A stretch of 63,060 nucleotides of DNA, filler included, from Dugesia japonica (GCA_001938525.1; 6 parts of 6 records of this genome joined end to end with filler, not necessarily neighbours in it); one strand, 5' to 3'; counted from the whole stretch's first letter, positions 40,070-53,213 are shown. The notes: generated from the letters alone by a model not told the origin. Numbers and translations: made by a program.

Positions 40070-42807
40070 AGTAGTAGTCAAATGGGGCGAATCGTCCCCA
40101 TTGTCAAAAAATCGGTGGTTTTTTCCAGGTCCGGAAAATCGACTTTTTGGGGTTTTCAGTTAATTTGGGCAATTACAGCAGCTTTTAANNNNNNNNNNNN
40201 NNNNNNNNNNNNNNNNNNNNNNNNNNNNNNNNNNNNNNNNNNNNNNNNNNNNNNNNNNNNNNNNNNNNNNNNNNNNNNNNNNNNNNNNNNNNNNNNNNNN
40301 NNNNNNNNNNNNNNNNNNNNNNNNNNNNNNNNNNNNNNNNNNNNNNNNNNNNNNNNNNNNNNNNNNNNAAAAAATAAATTTCTTAATAAAATAAAATTTC
40401 CTAAATAAATAAAATTTCCAAAATAAAATAAAGTTTCTGAGAAAATGTCTGCCCGGATGATAAATCACTTTTCTGTATTAATTTGAAAAAATAAATAAAT
40501 TTCATTTTAATATTAAAAAAAGATGACAAGAATTAATAGAGAAAAACGAGAAGTAGTTAGATTAAATACATTAAATATTCATCCTTATTATTTTAAAGAA
40601 ACAATTTCTAATGAATTAATTTTAAAAGATAATATAAATACTTATTTAAGTAATTTTGATTTTGCAATTAAAAATAAAATAGAAAACTCACCATATAAAA
40701 AATTCAAATCTATAATTTCTTGCAGAGTTTATATGAAACGAGATGATTTATTAATTCATGATGATAATCAAAATAGAAATAGAAATTCATTAGAACAAGN
40801 NNNNNNNNNNNNNNNNNNNNNNNTAATTTGTTTTAATAATAGTGGAAATAATTATGAAGATATGTTTATTAGTTTAAATAATAAATTCGACGAGAAAATA
40901 AACAGTCTTCAAGGATCTTATTGGAGAATAATTGGATTTAAAGAAATAACATTAGAACAAATAAGAGTAAAATTCTTAAGAGGAGGACATTTTTTAAATT
41001 TNCCATTTAAATCAAATTCAATTATAAATATTAAAACAAATGACAACTTTTGTGTCTTTTGGGATATTTTAGCATTTTTATTTCCTCAAGCCGANNNNNN
41101 NNNNNNNNNNNNNNNNNNNNNNNNNNNNNNNNNNNNNNNNNNNNAAGGATCAAACTGGAGAATAATCGGATTTAAGGAATTAACATTAGAACAAATAAGA
41201 GTAAAATTCTTAAGAGGAAGACATTTTTTAAATTTACCATTTAAATCAAATTCAATTATAAATATTAAAACAAATGGCAACTTTTGTGTTTTTTGGAATA
41301 TTTTAGCATATTTATTTCTTCAAGCCGAGAATTCTCATCATAAAAGTGATTTTAAATATTATAATAAATATATGAAAGCAATTAATTTACAGGTTCTAAT
41401 AGAAAATGGATTAGATTTAAAAGAAATAGCTGAAAAAGGATTTCCAATAAATAAAATTAAATTTTTTGAAAAATTATTCAATATATCAATAAATGTCTTC
41501 GAAATAGATTTAAAAATTGGTGAAACTGATACAAGTATACGNNNNNNNNNNNNNNNNNNNNNNNNNNNNNNNNNNNNNNNNNNNNNNNNNNTCTCATACC
41601 AAAAGTGATTTTAGATATTATAATAAATATATGAAAGCAATTAATTTACAAGTTCTAATAGAAAACGGGTTAGACTTAAAAGAAATAGCAGAAAAAGGAT
41701 TTCCAATAAATAAAATTAAAGTTTTAGAAAAATTATTCAATATATCAATAAATGTCTTTGAAATAGGTTTAAACATTGGTGAAACTGATACAAGTAAACG
41801 AAAAAGTTATATTTCTTCTCCATTACAAATTTCAAATTATGAAATAAATCCAAATCACCAATTACAAGTTTTGAAAGATTTTCATGAACAATATTATAAT
41901 AATCTTGCAATAAGATTCAACGAACCCGACTGTAATGGGATTGAAAAAAATAAATACAAGCTTTATTTAGGATATTATCAAGGACATTACTTCTGGATAA
42001 AAAGATTAAAAAGTTTTTTACATGAAAAAAATAATTCTCATAGTGAATGTTATTTATGCGATAGATGTTTCAATTATTCGCGTACAAAAGATGCTTTTAC
42101 AACTCATAAANNNNNNNNNNNNNNNNNNNNNNNNNNNNNNNNNNNNNNNNNNNNNNNNNNNNNNNNNNNNNNACTTGCAGATGCAACAAAAGAATTACAA
42201 GCTCTTTTAACAGAAATAAATCAATCTAGTGATCCAAACTTAAAATTTAAATTAAATGATAAATATCAATTATTAAATCAAAAATGTTGCAAATTAAAAG
42301 AAAATTACGAAAAAATGGCTTATTTAGAATTTAGAAATTACAAATATAAATTAAAACTTCCTTTCGTTGTTTATGCAGACATAGAATCTTATTTAAAGAA
42401 AACAGAAAAAGTAATAANNNNNNNNACAAGAATAATTAATACACATATTCCATTTACTTTAACAATGCACTTCAAATCTTCATATCCAGAAATAATTCAA
42501 GATTATACAAAAGATTTTTATGGACATAACTGCGTAGAAGAATTTATAAAAGAAATAGTGGATTTAGAAGAAAAATGTATAATTTTATTAATGGTTTATT
42601 AAAAGCCCCAGTTCCAATGAATTTAACTGAAGAAGATAAAATTAATTTTAATAATTCAACCGATTGCTGGATTTGTGAAAAACCATTAAATCGAGACAGA
42701 GTAAGAGATCATGATCATATAAATGGAAAATTCAGAGGAGCAGCCCATAAAATCTGTAATTTAAATTTATCTATGGATCAATTATTTATTCCAGTTTATT
42801 TTCATAA
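40070..42807 (+). mobile_element. Left end of a young Polinton/Maverick (adintovirus-like) element
   Basis: AGTAGTAGT terminus at 40070, a GC-richer hairpin-forming subterminal segment, then pPolB. Cut off by the scaffold spacer. Confidence 0.75.
40523..42807 (+). CDS. Protein-primed DNA polymerase B (Polinton type), N-terminal half; gapped and mosaic
   Basis: GSNWRIIG, NDNFCVFWDILA, FEKLFNISINVF, GHYFWIKRL, YLCDRCF, PFVVYADIES (Exo I) and the CWICEKPL..RVRDHDHINGKFRGAAHKICNL..IPVYFH zinc/endonuclease-VII-like insert. One apparent single-base frameshift in an A-run near 42575. Confidence 0.9.
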
Positions 42808-42907
42808 NNNNNNNNNNNNNNNNNNNNNNNNNNNNNNNNNNNNNNNNNNNNTTAATTAATTAANNNNNNNNNNNNNNNNNNNNNNNNNNNNNNNNNNNNN
42901 NNNNNNN
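42808..42907. other. Artificial scaffold spacer
   Basis: N44-TTAATTAATTAA-N44. Confidence 0.95.
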
Positions 42908-43098
42908 GCAGGTCCTGCCCAGTTTTGATATTGCTGGCGTTCACCAAAGTCTCGGATTCGGGACACTATTGATTCTACCGGCGGTAGATTGGACCGGTCG
43001 GCCAAGACACCCGCATAACGGTTGAAGGGGTTGCGGTGCCTACGGAAGGTGATTCGACGACTCCTTCGGTCTATGACCCTCTCCCAGATTGAGTCCAT
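42908..43098 (-). CDS. Arg-rich ORF of unknown function, 3'-truncated at the scaffold end
   Basis: MDSIWERVIDRRSRRITFRRHRNPFNRYAG... is open to the edge; GC is about 50% or more by eye against a far more AT-rich background. Confidence 0.5.
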
Positions 43099-43326
43099 AC
43101 CATAAATAACAGAAAATTAGCTTAAACTCTAATATAAATCTTTAAATTCATTAACAGCAAGAGAAATAGACGACANNNNNNNNNNNNNNNNNNNNNNNNN
43201 NNNNNNNNNNNNNNNNNNNNNNNNNTAAATTCATTAACAGCAAGAGAAATAGACGACAAATAACTTTAATCTAAACATCCGTTTATTTCTAAAAATAAAA
43301 AAAATGAAGGCAAATCGCGCATCTGC

Positions 43327-43509
43327 TCAGATCATTGTATCTTCCTCATCTAAATCTACGGGAGTAGAATCTGCGAAACATTGCAGATCCATTTCGTCGT
43401 GGTGTTCTATGGCGCCTCGAGATAAAATATGGGCCAATAATTGCTTTAACCGGATCCTCTTACGGTGGTTTCGAATTAATCGTAGTATGACGTTTAGGTT
43501 GGAAGGCAT
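43327..43509 (-). CDS. Small protein with basic N-terminus and acidic C-terminus (60 aa), unknown
   Basis: GC-elevated ORF. Acceptor TATTTAG just before the ATG, upstream TATATAAG...CAGT, and AATAAA about 40 nt after the stop. Confidence 0.45.
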   Translation of the reverse strand: MPSNLNVILRLIRNHRKRIRLKQLLAHILSRGAIEHHDEMDLQCFADSTPVDLDEEDTMI

Positions 43510-45739
43510 GACCTAAATAATGTTTAATGTTTAAATCAATAAAAACCTGTATTAAGTGCTGGTGACCGTACCCTCTGGTAAAATGCTAAGTAGTGAAAAC
43601 GACCCCCATATAATTTAAAAGGTATTACTGATAACTCGTCCAAGTTACCCCGAGTTTTACGCCCTATGTCATAAATTGCAGAAAACACTTCTATTTACTG
43701 GGGACCACCGTACGTCTTATATATCGTTTACTCATTTATTTTCTCATTAGATGAATTTTGTTTATAATTAAGTTAATTTATAGAATCAATTAAAACCAAA
43801 AGAAAGTATATATAATTTCATTTTAACCATTTTTCTTTCATAATTAAATTTCGGCCTAACACGGTTGCATAGTGATTGTTATAATTACTACCACATTGGT
43901 AACCTTTGGTGATAGATTGTGATAAGTTTACTAATGATTCAGTGTGTGTGTGCGCAACAAAAAAAACAGAGTCTAGCGTAGGATGTCAGGATAAAATTAT
44001 CACTCATTTATTGGGCCACACACACATCACTTGAAGGCAGACTGGTGAACTAGCTGTGGGTGTAATCGTAGTCATATTTCTAACATATATAACGATTCTA
44101 CTGGAAATCCCTATTACTTACTGATTTGGGTGCAATATACCAAAAAATGATCACAGATACTCTTCTCCAGCTGGGCATTCTCACCAATATTCCACTGCTA
44201 CTATCATATCAATAAAAAAAAATTATTTTTCTTTTTAAATTCTAGTGATCATAGACATCCTGGAAAATATTCAGTTGGAATTTATCTTATCGTCGAAGCA
44301 TGATGGATTATCAATATGCCAAATCGTTTGATGTGAGTCAATATTTATTTTTTTTTTCATGTTAATAAATGGCTGAAAATTTTATTTCTTATTTAATTCA
44401 GTGATCATTAATATGAATTTCTTGTTTGGTGTTTTTCTTATAGAGTAAATGAATTAACCGTTTACTTGGAGTTTAATAGTCTGTAAAACGAAATTTTGAA
44501 CATTAAATAATTTAGATTTACTATATTTATTGTATAAACCAACATACACAGATCATAACACAAAAAAGAAGAAAATTTTACTTTCAATATCAGGTTATGA
44601 TTCTGCAACGGGTAGATAACGGCAAATTAATGGATTGGACCGGAGATAATGGTTAGGACTTGATTAGGTTCTTCTGGATAAGGATGAAAATTAGTTAATG
44701 GTTAATAGAATNTCTTTTTGTTTTACTTCAACTTCTTGTCTTTTTCCGATAGCACGAGGTATCACTTCCTTACTTTAGTCGATAATTCGTGTTATAATTT
44801 TCTTCGAATAACTTGAGTTCAACAATAATTTGATAGCTAGAATATTGTGGTTATTAATGGTGTTTTTCTGCTAAAGTTGGGGGTCCTTTTATAGGGTTTG
44901 ACTTACACCCCAACTTCTTCCAGATTTGCTGATTATTTNNNNNNNNNNNNNNNNNNNNNNNNNNNNNNNNNNNNNNNNNNNNNNNNNNNNNNNNNNNNNN
45001 NNNNNNNNNNNNNNNNNNNATTGGTGGTTATTTTTATTATGACACCTGACAATGGTGTCTTTGTTCTATTTTTATTTTTAGGATTCTCATTGGCCCGATC
45101 TTCTGGACCCTGCAGCAACCTTCGGAATGGTGGTAAGTTCTCTTCTTTTAGCATTTTCAATGCGTCTTGTTATTCTCTTTTCATTTTTTCTTGTCCGGGT
45201 TCTTTCCGAGTTCCCTGAGTGAAGTTATTCGGTTAAAACGGATTTTGCTTCAATTTTAATTAATTTTTTCTGTTTAAATTAATTGTTATTTTTGGTATTT
45301 ATTTCTTCTTTTAGATATTTATTTTCTTTAATAATCTCATTACTTTTGTAATTATTATAATTAATCATTTGGCATTTGATCTTCTGATTTTCCATTTAAT
45401 ATTATGGTCTGGATTTTTCGCACCTGCGTTTCTTACCATGTTCCTTAATTTGATATTGGTCAATCATGGCCCCCTTCGACCTTGATTTTCATTCCTCTGG
45501 GTGTTTCGACCCAACAGTAGTTGTAGTGGTATCAATTATTTAAAATATAAAAAAGTATTTATCATTATAATCAACAAGATCAATAAGCGAAAGATGGTAA
45601 ATTTATTATTTTATTTAAAATATATTTACTTATTAATTTAGGTTAATTATATAAATGGGATATAGACAGTGATAATATGTTATTAATATGCAGATGATGT
45701 TAAATGATTATTATATGATGTCACATAGAGAATTACTTT

Positions 45740-45900
45740 TGATGTTCCTCAAGCATGATCAGAAAATNTGGTCATCTTCTTTAAGAAACTAGGCAATAAA
45801 ACCAATATTTTATAATTCAATAGGCCATTGGAACTTATGATAAAATGTATGAATACATCATTAAATGGATAAAAAATTATCCTTGCTTTTTGAAAGCTTC
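45740..45900 (+). pseudogene. Possible LINE RT fragment
   Basis: DVPQA*SENxVIFFKKLGNKTNIL*FNRPL resembles the P-x-x-W...I-x-K-K-G-D...N-Y-R-P-I motif at the start of non-LTR RT. Confidence 0.3.
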
Positions 45901-48505
45901 TTTCAAACTTGCCTTTCCCAATTTATGTTTTCAAAATAATAATAAATTTAAAAAAATTATTTTAAAACGATTTATTAAATTATTTAAATTATATAAAATA
46001 CAAATTTAATTAAAAATAAAACAATTCAAATTTATTAATAATTTTTCCAAATTTTCAATTAAATTTTATATCTAAATTATAGAAATTTCCAATTATAAAT
46101 TTGAATAAAAAGTTTTACATTGCGTATTTATATCTATAATTCATTTAATAAATTTTAAAAATTTAGACTACTAATTTCTAAATTAATATTTAAAATTTCA
46201 ATTTTATAATTTGCAATTTTACATTAGAAACAATTAAAAACTTACACTTTTAAAAATACCTAATAATGGTAATTAAGATAAATTTAGGATGACAAACGAA
46301 CTAAAAATATGATGATTACAAGTAAATTTAATACATGGAGAATGTGGAAGTATAGAAAATTAAGTATAATGTGATCAAGTAAATTAAAAATCTTGAAATG
46401 GAATAATGAAAATTAAGAAATTGCCATTAGAGTATTATCAATTAAAGTGAATTAAGCATAATACAAATAAAATTATTTAAATAGATTCCTAAACATTACT
46501 AATTCGTTGATTTCAAATTGATTTTCTTTCATATCACTTAGCAATTTTTTATCCAGATGCATCCGATTCAGATTTGAATTTAACTGTCTTCAAAGATTGT
46601 ACATGCGAGTGTTTTGAAAAGCGAGTTGAAATTTTTGTGTGATCGGTAATCATATTTTTAAAATATTTTGTTTAAAAGAAAGATTTAAATTATTGATAAA
46701 AAATTTAAATAACAAATATATATTTATGAAAAATCAGAATCTAGCGTTATTGGAAATTTTTGATCGGACGATGTAACATTTTTTTGATTTTTAAAAACAA
46801 AGTTTTTGTTTACAGAACTTTTATCAAACTGAAATCAAGTGATGTAAATTCTTACACATAGTTGTTAACAAAATAAACTGTACATACATATTTTGGATTT
46901 ACATTTTTATATAATCTTGTTGTTTGACATTTCAGCTACACACAGTGAAGTAAAAAAAATATTTATATTTATATAAGATTTCAATTATAGTCTGGTTATT
47001 TTTAACATTGGAAACGGCGCAAAATTATTAGCCTATTTTTTCCGTCGCAATTCGAGGTATTGGTGTAATCTATTTTATGAAGGAATTAACGTGTGGATAT
47101 GGTTGATTTGAGTCCACTGTATTTGAAAAAGCCATCTCTGCATAAATAGAATTCCCATATTTTCATAAATAAAAATCAATTAAGATTTTTTTGTTTTCAA
47201 AATTTTCACAGAAAAAATTAAGCTTGCAATTACACAATTTGATTCATGTTAAAAAATTATTATACAAAGAAAGTTTGTAAATTATCATTTGTTTATTTAT
47301 ATAATGGAAAATCAAAATTGTCAATAATAATTGCAATATTTCAATTATTGGTAAATTGACTTTGTGAAATTGTTTAATTTTGGTTTTTAACTTTATTATA
47401 AAAATTGTTACACCTTGATAAATATTTACATATACATATCGAATTTAGGTGGTAATTTGGAATTTGATATTATAACGTCAATACTATTTATAAATAAAAT
47501 ATTAAAATAATTATTACAATAATTTATTTTACAAATAATACTTCAATTGATCATCATATAGATAAATAGTTTCGACCATAATTTATTAAATAAATTGACA
47601 CAAAAACGATGTATTAATACAATTTTCAAGAATAATAACATGAACAATTGATTTAAAAAAACAATAAATAAATATGAGTAAAAAAATAATATACTAAAAT
47701 AAATTTGGAACCAATGTTAGGCTGTACGTTTGTCAAAGATGGCTACTTTATATTCTAGTTTGAATTAATACAATTTAATCGCTTGAATTTTCTAAATTTC
47801 AATCATAATCAATAAAGTTAAATTAGTTTATCAAAATTGTAATTGAATAAAGTTTATTCAAAAGTTAGCATCAAAATCTAAATAACAAAAATCAAAATTA
47901 TTTTTGCACAGGCCTAATATAGACATAAATTAGTCCTTCATATTTAAAAGTATTTATTTTCTAACATTGATTTCGACAGATTAAGTTTCATTTTCTGGAG
48001 AATTTTTAAACAATGGCAGAAAAGCTCGTCATCATAAAACAAATTTAAACTTTCTTGGGAAATTACCAGAAAAAAGACTCGTCTCAGATGAAAAATTATT
48101 TGGCTTAACTTAATTGGTTTTCCTTAATTTAAAATATTTTGAAAATCTGAACAATAAACTTTCTTGAAAATTTTGTTGATTAGTAAATTTAAAAAGCCCG
48201 TTTTTAGGTATAAACTGAAATTTATCCACTGGATTCAATCCGTTTAAACANNNNNNNNNNNNNNNNNNNNNNNNNNNNNNNNNNNNNNNNNNNNNNNNNN
48301 NNNNNNNNNNNNNNNNNNNNNNNNNNNNNNNNNNNNNNNNNNNNNNNNNNNNNNNNNNNNNNNNNNNNNNNNNNNNNNNNNNNNNNNNNNNNNNNNNNNN
48401 NNNNNNNNNNNNNNNNNNNNNNNNNNNNNNNNNNNNNNNNNNNNNNNNNNNNNNNNNNNNNNNNNNNNNATTATATTCACTTATCAGAATTGAACAAAAC
48501 TTAAA

Positions 48506-48612
48506 ATGGATATGAAATATGAATTATTAAAATTATTTTTGATTGAATTTTTTTTGCAATCTCTTAATTGTTCAATAACATGTCGAAATGAAAATGATAA
48601 ACCTATAGACTG
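48506..48612 (+). CDS. DNASE2: Deoxyribonuclease II, exon 1 (signal peptide plus CRNENDKPIDW)
   Basis: MDMKYELLKLFLIEFFLQSLNCSITCRNENDKPIDW. GT donor at 48613 and a 55-nt intron ending TTTAG at 48667 (phase 2). Confidence 0.9.
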
Positions 48613-48667
48613 GTACATTGTTTAACTTTATAATATAATAATTTATATTTTGTTTTTATATATTTAG

Positions 48668-48894
48668 GTTTATTGCGATGAAATTACCAAAATCTTACAA
48701 TTTTATTTATATAACCTCTGGAAATAATGCAGCTGAGTGGATAAATTCTACCTACGATTTAAAGTCAGATAAAAATTTAATAGCCGTAACTCTTCGTCAA
48801 AGCTATCTACATTGCAACAGAAAATGTTTTTATGCATATTATAATGACGATAAACCCAATTCTAATAACACTGTCAAAGGTGGACATTTAAAAG
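48668..48894 (+). CDS. DNASE2: Deoxyribonuclease II, exon 2
   Basis: FIAMKLPK...YAYYNDDKP...GGHLKG containing the first PLD-family HxK motif. GT donor at 48895 (phase 1). Confidence 0.92.
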
Positions 48895-49098
48895 GTATTG
48901 ACATTAATTAAACAAACAATTGGATTGATTAATTATTTGTTGTTAAAAATATGCGGTAAATTGAATAAAACAATAAGCTATAAATAGCAGTAACGCGAAT
49001 CGAAAAAACATTTCTTTTACATAAAAAAGCAATATTTAAAATATAGTTTTTATTTTGTATGATTAATATAATGAAAATGAAGATATTTTATAAATATA

Positions 49099-50500
49099 CA
49101 GGGTTATTCCAAAATATAAATTTTTTATTACAAATATAAATTATTTTATAAATATAAATTTTTTTATTACAAATATAAATTTATTTAAAAATTTAAATTT
49201 TTTTATTAGAAATATAATCTATAATCTATATATTACAATTGTAATCTATTTGTATTATTTTGTATTACATAAACTTGTATTTATAAACTTGACGAAAGAT
49301 TTACCGTAAGATTAACAGTAAATTTGTAATTTGATATATGCCAACCCTTTATACAGGATTTTAAAGAATGATGGCAAAAAAAAGAAAGAACAGGACTATA
49401 ATCACAATGGAGATAGTGTCACTGATTCAAAATCAGATTCAAGCTGGAAGATCAAACAAAGAAATTGCAAAATCATTGAACATTTCGGTTGATACCAATC
49501 GTAAACTTGGAAATCGACTAACAGCATGTGAGGATGAATCCACCATTATTAAGAAAAAAGGTAGGAAATCTACCGAAAAACAAATAACAGATCAATTAAT
49601 TTCCATTATTTCACATAATAATGCAATCACCCAAAAAGGTAATTGATTAGATAATTCAACTAATTTTATTCAAAGGTAGATTGATTTAATCTTGACATTT
49701 TTGTGGAGCAGAGTTTTAATTTATAAAGAAGATAATTTTAAAAACGAGAATTTGATTTTAAAATTTAATTGTTGGATTTATATTTTTCCGTTCGTATAAA
49801 AAAAGATTATCAATTTTTATAAATAAACTGTTGGAAATGAATGCGTTGTCTTTTAGTGAAGTTGAACCTAACAGAAATAAATAACGCCATTTAAATAAAT
49901 AATAATTTATTGCTAAATATTTCGAAAGACAAACCATCATAATCACACTAAATATAAAATATGTGATGATTCAGCCTATATTATTTAAACAGCAATCTAA
50001 GCAANTTTTCTGAATATAAGATGACTATATTGAAATCGAAAAAATCACTCAAAATTTAATAAGAAATTAAATCTAAAAAATCTGAAACCTAAACAACTTT
50101 TATTAATTAAGTCGAAAGAGTTGTCTATGTACTAATGCTCGGATTATGAAATCTAATCAATAATTAATCCCATAAACAGACTGGTTTGTGTTCTAACCCA
50201 TTAATTTAAATAATAATGCCATATACATTGAATAGATTGTTCATTATGTCTGTATGAGAATTTAAGAGCGCAATCATATGTGGCTAGCAATATGGCCGAT
50301 CATAAAAGTAAGTATAGTACTATTTTTGATGTTACGAATTTTAAAATTTTGTGTAATCAATTTTTAAAAAACGGGAATTCTGGGATTCGCAATTAGAGAT
50401 AGACTTTCATGAAACTAGCTTCATTCAATTTATTGAAATCGTTTTAATTTTACATTTCCAAGAACAGAAAAACTATATGCTTGTAATGGATAACTGTAAA
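49099..50500 (+). mobile_element. Decayed IS630/Tc1-like element inside DNase II intron 2
   Basis: TA-CAGGGTTATTCC start. HTH ORF 49368-49646 (GRSNKEIAKSLNIS..KKKGRK..IISHNNAITQK). 50417-50500 reads SFIQFIEIVLILHFQEQKNYMLVMDNCK, the DDE_3 second catalytic D motif. Confidence 0.7.
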
Positions 50501-50548
50501 TTGAATAACAATAAATTCAATTTCTATTTAAATTGTTTTTTTAATTAG

Positions 50549-50704
50549 GTGTATTGAATATGGATGAAACAACTGGACTTTGGTTGACACATTCTGTGCC
50601 AAATTTTCCATTTGAAAATGAGTATTTTTACAATCAACCACAATCTATTTACGGACAAAGTTTTATTTGTGTTTCAATAAAAAATATCTATCTTAAACCA
50701 ATTG
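50549..50704 (+). CDS. DNASE2: Deoxyribonuclease II, exon 3
   Basis: GVLNMDETTGLWLTHSVPNFP...YGQSFICVS. AG acceptor at 50547-48 and GTAAGT donor at 50705; frame consistent with exon 2. Confidence 0.92.
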
Positions 50705-50828
50705 GTAAGTTTCAGATTTTGACAATTAATCGGTAATTTATCGAATCTCATATGTTTCTGTTGTTGTTTGAATGAAAACAGATATGAATTTCTAATTTTC
50801 AAGTTTATATTTAAGTGCTGATTATATA

Positions 50829-52085
50829 TTGGGTTGTGGAATAAGTTCTGAATTATTTTCATCAAAATTAAAAATCGAAGTTTTAACATATAAATCTTTA
50901 TTTTATTCACAAAAAAATTCACCACTGTTGTCTATTACCGGTTGTCAACGTAGTGGTAAACTCATTATGTCAGCTTCATAGAAACTTTGTGGCTTTTCTG
51001 CAAAAAATTCTCCAAACACTCGTTTACATCCTCCATTGAAAGAAATCTTCTTATTTTGAAGCGATCGGAATAGATAGAAAATCCGAAGGTACTAGATCTA
51101 ACGAGTATGATGGGTGCTGCATTGCTTTTCAACCGAAATTCTTTAGTTTGCGTTTGGTTGCCAAAGCAGTATGTTGTTTAGCACTGTCCTGATGAAATCC
51201 CACATTCTTTCTGTTCGCCAATTCTGAACGTTTCTTCAGCATCGCCTCCTTCAAATTTTCTAGTTAATCACAGTACCTCTGCGCATCGATAGTCTGATCA
51301 CTTGGAAGCAGGTCGTAATAAACAATTCCCTTTTAATCCCACCAAATGCATAACACTATCTTCTTAGAATGCAAATCTGGTTTTGCTGTTTTTTGCGATG
51401 ACTTCATGGACCGCACCATGACCGCTGACGCTTAATAATGTTGTAGACAACCAATTTTTTGAACCCGGCTATAATCCGCTTCAGAAATGGGTCCAATGAA
51501 TTTAAACTCAATGAATTCAGACTCACAAAAAGCAGTCCGATCAGAAATGCTCTTTTCGGACTTTTCATGCGGGACCCAAATATCCATCTTTTTTGAAATC
51601 TTAAGATTTTTTTAAGCACTTCGCAACTGTAGAATGTTCAATACCTAAGCTCTGCGTTATTTCTCCTGTTGAGATATGCCGGTCTGCTTTGATTACGGCC
51701 AAGATTTCGTCATCATCAGGAGGTGACAGAGCGACCTTTTCGGGCACCATCTTGGAGACTGAAATCCAAACATGCAAACTATCTCTGGCAGGTAACAAAG
51801 TTTATACCATATACACTGCATATTTCACGTCGCGCTTCTGCCGCATTTACTTTTTTTGAATAAAAAAAGTAAGGCATGCCTAAAATGCTGCTTTAAATCT
51901 TCAGTTTGATTTGCTTCATTCATTCTGAAATTATGAATATTATGAAAAATTTTTGTTATACAATCAAATTATCGACAAACATAGCGGGATATTATTTAAA
52001 CGATTTGGGATTAATAATTATTTCAATAAAATTTGTATTTCAATTTAGTAATTGAAAATAATGCAGAGCTTCTTCCACAACCCAA
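50829..52085 (-). mobile_element. Full-length (1257 bp) decayed mariner element downstream of DNase II exon 3
   Basis: ~32-bp TIRs TTGGGTTGTGGAA(T/G)AAG(T/C)TCTG.ATTATTTTC. Transposase motifs AAEARREICSVYG, WVPHE, KPDLHSKKIVLCIWWD, FHQDSA, HPSYSLDLVPSDF; multiple stops. Confidence 0.92.
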
Positions 52086-52401
52086 AAATTATATCAAAAA
52101 ATTATATTCCTTGTTTTTAAAACTTATTTATTCAAAACACAACTTATATATAATTTTTAAAATTTAATAGTATTTTTTAATCATGTGTTTGATTATTTGA
52201 TTATTTTATTTATTTCTTTAAAACCTATAAGATTCTTAAATAAATTCTTTTTTTAATTTTTTGAAAATAATAAAAATATTAAATATTTTCAAAATTACGA
52301 AAATAAACTAAGGCGTAGATCAAAAAAGTTTCAAAAAAATGTTTCTTTTTAAAATTTTTATTAAAGTAACAAAAACTTTTTCAAAAAAACGTTTTTTATT
52401 T

Positions 52402-52434
52402 TTCCAAATTTTCGATTTTATCTTCTTCAGGAAT
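52402..52434 (-). ncRNA. Minimal hammerhead ribozyme motif (PLE pLTR)
   Basis: ATTC-CTGAAGA-A-GAT-aaa-ATC-GAAA-ATTT-GGAA. Confidence 0.55.
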
Positions 52435-53169
52435 ATTAAAAATAATGTCTTAATTATTTGATTAATTCTTTATTAGCCATTGTAAATTAACTAAATTGAT
52501 TTCAAAATTTCAATTAAAAAATTTATATTCCTTATTTATATTTTTTAATAACTTAATTCTAATTATTTTCAATTTAATTTACATAAAGAAAAATATATTA
52601 ATAGAAACTTTCAACTGATATGACAAAAAATTCAATACATTTTTAAAACAACCTTACAATTTAATAGTATTTTTTAATCATGTGTTTGATTATTATAGCC
52701 AAAGTTATTAAAAGTTACACAGACTTTTACATGTTAATTTTGTAAAAATTATTTAATAAATAATTAATTAATAATGTTAATAATAAAAATAAAAAGGAAT
52801 AATAAAAATTTNAAAACATAAGTAAATTATTTGTATTTGTTTGTTTAAATCTTCATTTGAGATTGTTAGTTACAAACCGATTTTATAAATTAAACAGGGA
52901 ATCAACATTTGTCCACAATCTACTAATAATCTGACCAATTGGTACACTTAGGAATAATTTGTTGCAAATAATTTAATCATTATCTGCTAAACTTTGTGAA
53001 TTTATTTAAAATGAAATCAATATAGCCAATTAATTAAATAAAACACAAAGTAGCTTTATTTTGTATAATAATAATAATGATAATAATAATTAATAATAAT
53101 AATAATTCATTTAAAATAAAAGCTTCGATCAAAAATTTTTTTTTGTTTTGTTTATTGATATTTGATAAC

Positions 53170-53204
53170 AATTCGATATTTCGACCTCGTCTTCGTCAGG
53201 AATA
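53170..53204 (-). ncRNA. Minimal type I hammerhead ribozyme
   Basis: TATTC-CTGACGA-A-GAC-gag-GTC-GAAA-TATC-GAATT. Confidence 0.7.
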
Positions 53205-53213
53205 TCGTCAGTC

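Noticed and set aside
42908-42935. YQNWAGP as the start of a parvoviral/Polinton PLA2 (YxGPG) loop
   Set aside because: The next codon starts GC (Ala, not Gly) and the sequence ends there; unsupported.
43124-43258. Direct repeat flanking a gap
   Set aside because: Contig-overlap artefact.
48000-48115. LVSDEKLF as a Tc1/maT catalytic motif
   Set aside because: Single short motif with no supporting context.
52898-52926. Candidate DNase II exon 4 after TAAACAG
   Set aside because: The in-phase reading GNQHLSTIY hits a stop. Candidates at 53922 and 54323 also stop at once and lie beyond a spacer.
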